From: Catajapyx aquilonaris
Taxonomy: Eukaryota
DNA length: 64,000 nt
Assembly: GCA_000934665.2 (NCBI GenBank)
Contig: JYFJ02002026.1
Location: 1 to 64,000, forward strand
Direction of reading: 5' to 3'
Under the pieces are notes generated by a model. It had not been told where the DNA came from. It saw only the letters and a program-made list of their open reading frames with translations, and did no database searches. Position 1 is the stretch's first letter; the number at the start of each line of letters is the position of its first letter. Shown in pieces: positions 40,001 through 51,100 of the stretch. The position numbers were made by a program, and so were the translations under genes.

Positions 40001-43000
40001 TTTTGCTTTTCGGGTCGGGCTTTGTTGCCCTGGCGAATATTCACGTTGTAAAAAAAAGTATGGCGTTTGAGCCGGTTTTTGTTGTTTATTGTCGTGGTTT
40101 CAGAGTCACAGAGAATGGTTGCAATTACACGATTCCAATTGAGATGTCTCTTTTATGTCAGGAATTTCTCCTACTGTTCAACTGTTACTTTGGAAGCTAC
40201 ATGAAATTTGGTCGAGGCCATGAACGGCACGAAATATCTGAATATTGAAAGTGATGCATTTTGGCTGACATAGTTTCAACCAACTTTATTATACAAGCTA
40301 TTAAAAGATGAGCAGGCTTCTCGAGTAGCTAATATGGGTGATAACATCTGGAGGAATTATTTTAAGTGTAACTGCTTGTAATATCGGATGGGCAAAATAA
40401 CATTTTTTTTTTTAAATTTAAGGGAAGGCTTTGCGGTTAGGTAAATTAGTCCCTAATTAGGGAAAAAAACGAGTGTCGAAACGTCGGCCAACTTGGCGTC
40501 TTTCAGGGAATCCCCTCCTATAATCCTCATGGCTGCGGAGACGTAGATGGCGATGGAAATTACACCATCTTCTTACATCAGTTCCAGGGTTCTGCAGCTA
40601 TTCATTCTCCTTCTCTCGCTTTTCCCAGACTTTCTGGCCTGAGAAATGGTCTGTCTCGACGCGTCTCTATAATACCTTTTGCTTGGTGTGAAGAGAGAGA
40701 AATGGCCTCGATCCTTAAGTAAGATCCAACCGTTTTTTTTGGAGCGGTTAAAGAGTGCAATACGGAAGCCCAAGAAATTGGATTAACCATTCTGTTCGCT
40801 GATAAGAGACATTAATTCTCAGGATTGTTCAGTCCAGTGTGTGTTAAAGGCATGGTTTTTTTATTAACTTTAATATATGTTCTCCCTGGGATTTAACATG
40901 CACAGTTGGTGTAAGGAAGGGGGAGAAAAAGTCCTGGGGTGTTTGCAAAGTTCGACAGGCATACACCAGGAATCGGTATGGACGTGACGTAAATTTGATT
41001 AGGGGGGGCCATCTGTTCTGGGCATGATATTCTCCCCCTTCTCTCTCTTGGGCAGACGGCACGTGCCGAGCCTGCAGTATATTTTCCTGTGATAGCACGT
41101 GTAAAAGTTGACACGGTCTCCTGAGCACCGGCTGAGGATTAAGTGGCCACCGGCCTCATGTTTTTTCTCTGGGAACATTTTCTCTGGGCTTTTTTTTTCT
41201 TCCTTCAAGCTATGATATCTCCCAGAGAGACAAGAATCCGGAGATTGCGTTTAAGCGTCAAGGTCGTTGCGTGTCGGCTGGCGGTATCTGGGGAGAAAAG
41301 TACACAAGTGCGACGTTTCTCATCGTCCGTATTTTTTTTTTTCTGAGGCAGGAATAACCGGGGCTGAGAGAGAAGCGTGCTTTTCGGGCATAAATCCCCG
41401 GCGAAATATCGCTTACGTGGAGAGGAAGCAAAGTTTTGGGTGCAAATTACTTTTGGCCTTTGCATGAAGCTCGGGTATTTTTTTCCCTAAAAAAAAGAGT
41501 TCAGCAGCACTGTATTTGTAGCGCCAGTTTCTGCATAGAGGCTATTGACTTTTCGTGCTTGTGGCAAACAGTTATCCACCCCCAGTTGGCTATAAATCAC
41601 TCCCCGAGAGATAGTAGACCGGCAGGCAAGAATCTCCACATGGGAGCAAAAATTTGCTCATAATTGCTTTCACCTTTCACACCCAAAGGGTCGTGCTTGC
41701 ATAGAGTGAGTGAGAGAGAGAGGGTTATATTTGCGATAACCTCCCCAATGGCGATTCGATGGCTGAAAAGCACTGATACTATTCCTAACCTATTAAACAT
41801 TGTCGCGTATTTTAATGGCTAAAGCAGGTGCCCATTGTTCGGTTCAGATATTAGGTGCGGATGAGCCAATGAATGCGTTTAAGTGGTCATATTACGGGGG
41901 CTAACTTGTAAGTGAAACAGTTCCTGTAATGTCAAGTTTTAACGACGCTTCCAGGGATTTGTGTGCTTCTGATTTTAGTTGCTCGTTATGTCTGAACCTA
42001 GACTAATTACACCAAGAGCGTGCTTGTTACATTGTGGGACGTATCTGTCTATAATAATGGATCCTGCGATCATTACAGAATATGGTATCTGTCCAATATG
42101 AAGGAAATCATATGGGCTTTTATTTTCATCCTCGTAAAGGCTCTGATTGGTCTGGACCCGGCACAAAAAGCGAAACCGCTCGAGACACTCGGAAAAGGAC
42201 CTTTGTTTCGAAAGAGGAAAAAAAATCCCCGAGCACTTGTTATCTTTTCTCGGAAAGGTTGGTTAGGATTTATTGTCGAAAAACAAGGGTTGGAAAACGG
42301 GCTTGTGGGAGCCACGCTTGTAAAGATGGCCGCCGGGGTCTTTCCCGTTTGATTGGCTACCACTCGAGCGTGGTTGCCAAATATCCGGGTCTGAAAAGAT
42401 CTGTGGCCCTCTGGCGGCCTTGTATGCCCTGTAAAAAAAAAACCTGTCGGCCAAATTGAAATATGCAGTGATGCATCTCCGTCGCCAAGATTTTTTTTTG
42501 CGCACAATTTTCTCTAGGCCTTCTTTCAACTTTTTGGACGGATTCAGGGTGTGGCTTGATATTAGTTCCAGTGCTGCAGGTGTGGCAGTTTGATAAATTG
42601 TCCGTCGAGTTAGCTGCTCGGCCGAGTAAAAAATCGCTTTTGGAGGGGAGAAGGAGAATTTTGATTTCTCCTTCGAGAACCCCCCACACAGTTGTTTTTT
42701 TGTTTTAATTCGCAAAATGTTGGGGAATGGTAATTATTTGCGCGTGAAAATTGAGACGCGGCATAAATTACACCTCAGAGACTGGACATCCATGTTGGCT
42801 TTCCATGTTCAATATTTTGAGAGCAGAAGTTGGACATACAAACGCGGTTATAAATATGCACGTGTGTGTGTGCCTGCCGGATTTTGTAAATAGCGGTTTG
42901 CCAATTCCAATGATGGCGGTGCAATACAATGGACTCGTGCGAATCAATTGCAACAACTGATGAATAAGCAAATAATCGCCTGGATCCACCCCGATTTGCA

Positions 43001-43694
43001 GCGAATACTAATTTTTTTTTGTGTGTGTGTGTGGACCTGGGATTTGGAACCACCCTGTACAAGCTTCACTCGGAGGCGATCCCGGAAAACTCCGTAAAGT
43101 TGTAACACGTACTGCTAAAATGCCGCCGGATTTGCGGAAACCCCTACTAAAGCCCGTAGTTAAAAACGAAACAAGGTGGTAAGAATAAGAGGGTCCGCAC
43201 CTCTGGATGTTTTGGGAGGCATTTGCGGAAGGGGTAAAACAAATGGAAGGGAAAAAGGGAAAGGCGGGGAACCCCCCCAAAAGCATTAAACGCCTCATAA
43301 ACCCGAGGGGTGATAAAATTCACCACCTTTTTTTTATACACTGAACCCACAACCCTTTTGCAAGCCCAACAGAGTGCGCTGTTTCCTGCGAGAAATGAAA
43401 GGCCTTAATTTTCCCTGCGCAATGTATAAATTAATTAAGCCCAGGCCACGGGCCCTCCCACCAGGAGAGCATGTTAAATTATTATTTTTTTCTCCCCCCT
43501 CCTCCATCTAGCCCTCCCTAGTTCTTTGTTCGGGTCTGGCCAATAACTCTCCAAGTTTTGTAGGGATGAGTGAAATTGTTCCGGGCCTTTTGGAGGCTGC
43601 TCCGGGGGCTCAGGAGATTATCCGGAAATTTTAAGCAAGCCCGTTTTCCCGTCTATATGTAATAATTTTTTCTCCATCTGGGTTTTTTTCTCAG

Positions 43695-43800
43695 AATGTT
43701 CTCCGGGAGCTGGAGCAGAAGAAGCCACAACTGGACGAGTTGGTCCACACAGCAGAGAGCCTCAAAACGGATACAAACAGGCAGCAGCTTCATGGAAAAG
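43695..43800 (+). CDS. Dys: Dystrophin-like exon: NVLRELEQKKPQLDELVHTAESLKTDTNRQQLHGK
   Basis: tttttttctcag|AAT acceptor, AAAG|gtaagg donor; 106 nt, phase 0-1; closely matches recalled insect dystrophin sequence. Confidence 0.93.
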
Positions 43801-46359
43801 GTAAGGCGCAATTTGTATATTGTAATTACCGGAAGCCCCCGACTTGCGTATACGTAAGTTGAATATGGGATTGTCCTGAAACACAAAACACTTTTTGCTT
43901 GGTCCGGCCTCCAATTTACGTAAGTCTGGGTCTGCCTGTACATACAGAAAAACTGATGTTTATATTTTATAGAGAGAGAGCGTAAAATTAACTAACTGGA
44001 AGAAGTGCATCCCAAAGCTATATGAAAAATGATTTTCCAATCGGATCCGGACGTAACAATTTTAAAACAAGTCACTGCGAAAAAGGCTCACATGATATAT
44101 TATTATCATTGTTGGCTCCTTCCTTGCTCTTTTTTTTTCTTCCTCCTCCCCCTCCTTCATTGTCATTCGACTCGTTCCCGACGGGATGTCCTTTGTCCCC
44201 GCTTCCTGAATGACGATCCGGGTCCTTCCGAGGCATTTTCTTTTTTGAGGGGGGGCGAAAGACTATAGGGAGGGAAGGAAAGAAAAGGTGACAGCACGTG
44301 CCGCCCACGGAATAGAAAATGGCAATTTTACCTTTCCAGAATTAACACGAGCTCTTTGTATAGTCCAATAAGAGAAATGGATTAAACTGAAATGGGAAAA
44401 GTTTTTAAAACGAATCACTTGTAGGCGAAAAAGTGAGAAGGAGGCTAATGAAGTATTTGCCTTGTACCGAGCACTGAGGTCATCAAGATGGGAGTCACGC
44501 TCTGTGATACGCGAAATTTTCGCGTGTCATTTCGTTACTCAATGCGTGCCGTCACGTGCGAGATACGGAAATTTGGCCAACCGAGAAAACGGGGCCAACC
44601 GCTGTAATTCGAAATAACCACAGGGCGATCGCGGGGAATGATATCGCCCGATTTCCACGGGAAAAAAACTGATGGCTCCCAGGTGTCACATCGACGACAA
44701 GTATTATCGAAAATTACTGGCACCCATTTTTGGGGGGGTATCTACATAGCATCTATTAGCAAAAAGCACTGTCCTACAGTCCAAAATTCGTAAGAGAGGA
44801 ATATATGGCGACTTTGCAACTGTAAGCTTCTACAGCATAAGTAAGCAACAGCCTGCGTACAAAGCCAGAGCGTATAGCTTACCTGCAAACAATGGCTCAT
44901 TATATACGTTAACATGAGCGTACAGTGTAACTAGATCAAAACATGAACCATTGTGACCGATGCTAACATGTATAATATATATGTATTATGCGCTTCCCGA
45001 GTGATTTAATTGTTTGTTCATCGCATTCAAAGAAACTAGAGTAATTCTGAAAACGGAGAGCTATTTAATGAAATATGCTTAAATTTTTTTTTTTACTTCC
45101 ACCCACTGGAATCGACCCCCAGCCCCCCCGTTGCTTCGTTCCCCATCTCCGGCATGAAAATTTAATTTCTGTATTGCTGACGCGGCAGGGTTCACTCGGA
45201 ATGAATCCACACAGGTTCTCTTTTGCCGCTCCCAGGACTCGAATCGATTCCTATTTCTTCTTCTTCTTCTTCTTTTTTTTTTCACCCTCCCCTCCCACAA
45301 GAAGCCCCCCAAAAAACGGGGCTTGCTACCTATTTAATTTAGTTCCTCCAGGCCCTTTCCCCCATTTTGAGGTTGTCAGTAACTTTTTTTTCCCTCCATC
45401 GTCTCTCCTTCGTTTTTTCTCCCCTACGAAGATGTGATAACCGGAGCAGATACAGCACCATTTGCGAATTAGGAACCGGGTGGAACTACCTTCAAAAATT
45501 ATTGTAATTCACTCTGCTGCTGCGGGGCTCGGGGCTACTCTTTTTTATAGTGGCGTGCTCGATGCCATTTCGTGACAGAAGAGACGACAACGACATGGTC
45601 TCAAATTGTGGGTCTGGGATTAAAAGAGTGGACACCCGCGTAATCAACAACCGTCCACTCTTCAGGATATTTTCCTGGTCACTTGTTTACCTCACTCGTC
45701 CGCAATTTGGTGCAACAAATTCGCAAAAGAAAACTGTTGGGTACGGAAGCCTTATTCTTCGAGAGTCTAGATTGTATTTCCAGTCCCTGTAGAAGTAGAA
45801 GGAAAAAAGAATCCGCTGATGAAGTAGTCTCATTCTGGACGAGAAAAGCCTTTATTAAACGCGTGCGTAATTGGAAAAGTTGTCTGGCAGTTTGAAAGGG
45901 GGTCTGATCCGATTAAGACATTCCCACAGTTTGTCCACCTTTGATCATTTCATTCCAAGACCAGCCCCAGCAGTCTCTGGAAGGTTAACAAGAAGCTAGA
46001 CGTTAATGAGACGGAGGTCCTAAGCAACGAGGCAGCCGGAAGTACCACCAAGTTTTTTTATTTTTCTTGGCAGAAGTCGTCTCTATTCCTCCCCGGAAGT
46101 TGAATCACGAGACCAGGCTTATTTTTAAGCCTTTTGATAGTTTAGATGTCAGCGCCACGTTTGCCTGGATATGTTTTCAAGCCGCATTAACCCGACGTTG
46201 ATGCCCAGCAGCAACGAGTCACGAAAATAAGTAAGGTTTTTCACATCACTGCAAAAATGTCAACACGGCTTACCTGATGCTTTTATCCAATTAGTTAAAT
46301 GGCTGGGCTTACACGACGGGGTAGTGTACTGCCTCAAACTAGTTTCTGTATGTACCAAA

Positions 46360-46510
46360 TGTACGTAGATCCGGATTTATGTTTAAAAAAATTCGACATG
46401 CTCAAACTGGTACGCGGGATTTCGAAAACAAGACACTTTTTGCAGGGGGCAAAAAGTGTTGTGGTTTCGGATTATTGTTCCGAGTTACGTAAAATGGACT
46501 TACGTACACA
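46360..46510. repeat. Degenerate foldback element
   Basis: Central stem acactttttgc/gcaaaaagtgt; outer tgtacgta.../...tacgtaca pairing; a related acactttttgc-containing fragment lies near 43875-43900. Confidence 0.45.
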
Positions 46511-47132
46511 TAGGGTTTTCGGAAATACTTTTTCGGCACTGTACCCTTCTGCAGCCTTAGTTGTTCATCGGGTTTCCGGCGGAGGGTCTCGAGTAAATAC
46601 CGCACTCAGACGTGATATGAAGTGCCGGACCATAACTCGGAATCAGACGCGTGCCCAGCTTTCTTCGGCCGTTATTTTCGGTCGCACGTTGCTACCGGTG
46701 GGCGCGTGACCCGTGTTCCGAACGCGGCATTGTCTATGAAGTAAAGTCACGTACGAATCCCCAAAGCAACGGGCATCGCCAAGCCGAGCGGAGGCAAACA
46801 AGAGACCACCTGGGTTTTGCAGGTAGATTCAAAGATTTTATTCCCCCTCCCTTCTTTTTGGCTGTGGTCGTGACACGGGTCGTAAGGTTCATCTGGATAC
46901 GGGGGGGCATCTGATGAACATTGGACGTGAGTCGCGTGTCTGCCCTGCCAGGCCTCGCGATTCATCATCGTTTTCTAGGGTGGGTGGCGAGGAGTCCCTG
47001 ACAACTTGGGGTTGCGGCGCCGACGAATCTGTGTGTGCAACTGGGCGTGGCCTCGTATCCCCCCCACCCCCATCTGGATAATAATATACGAGGGGTCGAT
47101 GCCCACCCATCCACCTACCCATTTTTATCATA

Positions 47133-48183
47133 CAGGGTGGGCCAACAAGCCTGAAACTACTAAAAACTCTGATTGATTTACCCAATTCGCAGATAGTAAC
47201 AAATATTAAGTTACTTGTAGCAGTCCAAATAACTGCTTATTATGTCGGGTCGGAAAAAGCAATATTACGGCCCCTTCAGAGTAAGCAGTTGTTTTCGACT
47301 GCTTATTGTGTGGGGGTCGGAAAAACCTGACAGCTACTGCATTTTTCGGCCCCTTCAGAGTAAGCAGTTGTTTTCGACTGTTTATTGTGTGGGGTCGGAA
47401 AAAGCTGACAGCTATTGCATTTTTCGGGCCCTTCAGAGTAAGCAGTTGTTTTCGACTGCTTATTGTGTGGGGGTCGGGAAAAGCTGACAGCTATTGCATT
47501 TTTCGGCCCCTTCAGAGTAAGCAGTTATTTTCGACTGCTTATTGTGTGGGGGTCGGAAAAAGCTGACAGCTATTGCATTTTTCGGCCCCTTCAGAGCAAG
47601 CAGTTATTTTCGACTGCTTATTGTGTGGGGGTCGGAAAAACCTGACAGCTATTGCATTTTTCGCCCCCTTCAGAGCAAGCAGTTATTTTCGACTGCTTAT
47701 TGTGTGGGGTCGGAAAAACCTGACAGCTATTGCATTTTTCGGCCCCTTCAGAGTAAGCAGTTGTTTTCGACTGCTTATTGTGTGGGGTCGGGAAAAGCTG
47801 ACAACTATTGCTTTCTTCGGCCCCTTCAGAGTAAGCAGTTACTTTCGACTGCTTATTATGTGGGGTCGGAAAAAGCTGACAGCTATTGCTTTTTCGGCTC
47901 CTTCAGAGTAAGCAGTTACTTTCGACCACTACATGTAACCTATTATTAGAAATGAGTTTAAAATAGCCGAATTTAAACGAGAAGTGCTTCATTGTTGGAC
48001 CAGAATCAGTTCAAATAACTGCTAATTATGTGAAGCCGAAAAAAGTCGACAGCCATTGCGTTTTTCGACCCCCCCCTAAGAGTAAGCAGTTATTTTCGAC
48101 TGTTATACGTAACCTAATATTATTATGAATGGTTTAAAACAGGCGGATTTATACGAGAAGTGCTTTATTGTTGGACTACCCTG
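47133..48183. mobile_element. Non-autonomous TIR/foldback element containing an internal tandem array
   Basis: TA-CAGGGTGGGCCAACAA at 47131 and TTGTTGGACTACCCTG-TA ending at 48185 (16/18 inverted match). Subterminal inverted match 47206-47239 vs 47908-47940. The right end is duplicated (47932-48000 vs 48104-48177). Confidence 0.75.
47232..47926. repeat. Minisatellite, ~9 units of 77-79 bp (first unit shortened), plus a degenerate unit at ~48018-48102
   Basis: The anchor cttcagag recurs at 47274, 47353, 47431, 47510, 47589, 47668, 47746, 47824 and 47901. Consensus: actgcttattgtgtgggggtcggaaaaagctgacagctattgcatttttcggccccttcagagtaagcagttgttttcg. Confidence 0.97.
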
Positions 48184-51100
48184 TATTAGGACCAGACACT
48201 TATCAAGCTCTGCCGGAAATGGGGGAGGGAGGGAAGGGGGAACAAAAAGGGACACGCGTGTTGGGAGGGGAAGATTCCGTGGGTCCAACCTGGTTATTTT
48301 CGGTGTCCAAATTCCTGTCATCCGACTTTTTCTGCTTCCATTCAATGCCTGGCTGCGTATCGATCAAATTTGTTGTTTGGCCCAAAAATTGCGGAGTCGC
48401 CGTAAAAAAAAACATTTTGCAGACTTTTTTTTGCCGCAGTGCACCTTAGCCAGTTTACCTATCTATCAATATATTGTGATCGGTCGTTATATAGAGAAGC
48501 GGGCCAGACAGGCTTGTTTATACTTCAACTCGGTGGGTTGACTGCCTTCCTAAAATGCAATAACCTTCCTGAAATTTGCCTGGGTGACATTTGACGTGTG
48601 GCGGCGTCTTCCTTCCGATGCCGGAAGGTCGACCGATCGAAACTGGATATTGGCAATCAATGAACGTCGCCTTCCAGGTAAAAAAAATATATAAAAAAGT
48701 GACACACAACAGTGCGGCCAAGTCCTGGGTGATCCCGATTTCTCCGCAATTTTCCTGTGTGACAGCAAGGATTCGTAGTTGATGGATGGGGGGGTTCATT
48801 TTATCCCCAAGTTTTTTCCGCGTCGCAAATTACATTTTGTCTGGTCCCACGGAGGCAAAAGTAGTTATATTTTTGCGGTGTCCAAGTTGTGCCGAGCTTG
48901 AAGCGATCTTTTAGATCCGGCGGAATGGTTTGTTCCAAGTTTTTTTTTCTCCCCCTTGTGGAAGCGGGTGTTGGGGGGAAGGAGTTGGGGGGGGGGCTAA
49001 TGCGCTGTTTTATTCGAGTCTGGAAACGCCATACCGGGGCATCTAGGAAGAAAAGTAGGGCCTTTTGGTGGGTGGCTGCCGAGGCGTGTCGCCGACCCTT
49101 TTTCTCTGGAGAAATGAGTGTCACATATCGGTCCAAGCGCCAATTTTGGGCTCTGCAGAGGTTACGAACCCCATGTATTAAGTCCAGCCCACTGCAGTGT
49201 ATGACAAAGCCTGGTTCTGTAGCTATGTACTGTTTTGGGAGACAGTACAGCGAGTTGCTCTTGCAATAGCAGTGACCAAATCGCTGCTACCGGCCGAGTT
49301 GTGCAGAAAATATTTTTACATCGCCTTTTTGCATTATTTGAGCCAGTGACAAGGTGCAATTGAACCACGTGATTAAAGTGAGGCGTTTCCAGACTCTCAT
49401 TACAAGCTGTGGAGAGGAGCCGAACGGAGACCAATCCACCACAAAGCTCACTAATCGCTTCCCATTAATCCGGCTTTTATCCTGACTCTTGAAGCTACCA
49501 GGAAGCCCCCTTTTGTTTTAAAGGGAAGTCTATAACCCCCCCCTCGTAGCCTGTCCGTTATCCCAACTTTTATAACAATGTTCTCAAACTGTGCGTTTGT
49601 GATTTTCCTCCAATACTTTTGGTAACAACTCACGAGTGTTGGAGGAAAATCACAGTGTGCGTCACATTTTTTTAAAGCAAAATTCTTGGTGGATGTACTT
49701 GGTAATGTACAGTACTGAGCCTGAGGGGATGCGGTACCACCAACACCACACCAAAGCAGCGGCCTATGTGTTACAAACTTCCCAANCCCCCCCCCTCCGG
49801 AACATCCGCTTCGAGCTAGGCTTATTTTTTTATCAATTTTTGAGTAGGAGATTAGGAAGATGGCGAGGGCTTGTGGTCAGCAGAGCGGACGCTGGCCGGC
49901 TGGTGCAAAGGGAAAAGGGGAGAGATGTTAGGGAGATCCTGCATAAATCACCAGATCCTCCGGGCCAGCATCCGGTAGGCGTCGCGGGCGGACCCGAATT
50001 TTGAGGGCCTTATTTTCCGGAGCGGGGTCACACCTTAATGGCTTCCAACTTCTTGAGCCGACTCCATCTTTGAACTTTTTTTTTTTTCCTTCTCAACCAG
50101 GGAGGAAGCGCCTGGAATAAATGAGCCATTAGACGTTCTTCGTTTCCGAGGTGGTTACTAGGAATGAGGGTCATCTAGGAGATGTGTATCCGGCGTAATT
50201 GGGAAGGAGCGGAGTCTGGGAACATCTTAACGCAGATGGGATAGGGTTGGGAGGGGAAAATTACGGGCAAAAATGGCGAGCTAGGAGAGAAAAAAAACGA
50301 CTGCATCTTACTAACTCCAGGTGAAATTGGCTCCACTAGGATTTGCATTCTTGGCTCCAGGCTTGTGTCAGCTTGGGTTGTTCTTCACGTGAGGGTGAAC
50401 AGTATAATATACACTCTAATTATTCTAATTGCGAATTTTTATAAACACCTCTCCGCCTAAGGGAGTGAAATGTGCACTGTGCCGAAAGTAGTTACATGTA
50501 CACATTTTTTCCCATCATACGAACAGCAGTGTGGAGACGTGTAGAGTGTAGTTAAAATTTGCGATGCATTTGGTGTACAGGCAATATTTTGAATGATAAT
50601 AAGCGAAATATATTGATCCTTGTTACAGTTTTTTTTGCACAAAATAAGGCATGAAATAAACCATCCTTTTTCCTAGAATTCGAAAGCCACTAATTATTCT
50701 TCTTCATGCTGTCAGCTCCGTCTGACTGACTTATCCAGATTATTGCATCCAATTTTCTGGCGAGTTCTTCAACTAAGCGGATTGTACTGTAGCTGATTTG
50801 CTTGAGAGCACTTGTTTGAACACTTGAGTTTTCGAACTGCCTGAGTTACAGTAATCATTTAGACTTTTTTTTTGTAGCTTTTAAGATTCACGTGCGCGCC
50901 TGAAGTTTTTTTTTTAAATCGAGACACTTAAGCTTAAATCACGAGTACAGTTGGGCGTAACCACTATAGATTCAGGTGAGTGTGCCGCACGATGGGATTC
51001 AAAAAAATAATAGAAGCGTTGAGAGGCAGGCCTGAAGCTAATGCACTCTGAAGGCTCGCTCTAGTACTTTGCAAGCAGACACACCTACACACGTATATGC

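Noticed and set aside
45551..45792. Phase-1-compatible acceptor followed by an 80-codon open frame
   Set aside because: No dystrophin-like sequence and no phase-compatible strong donor found.
47232..47926. CRISPR-like array
   Set aside because: Units are contiguous near-identical repeats without unique spacers, there are no cas genes, and the context is a eukaryotic intron. The repetitive ORFs over it are by-products of the array.
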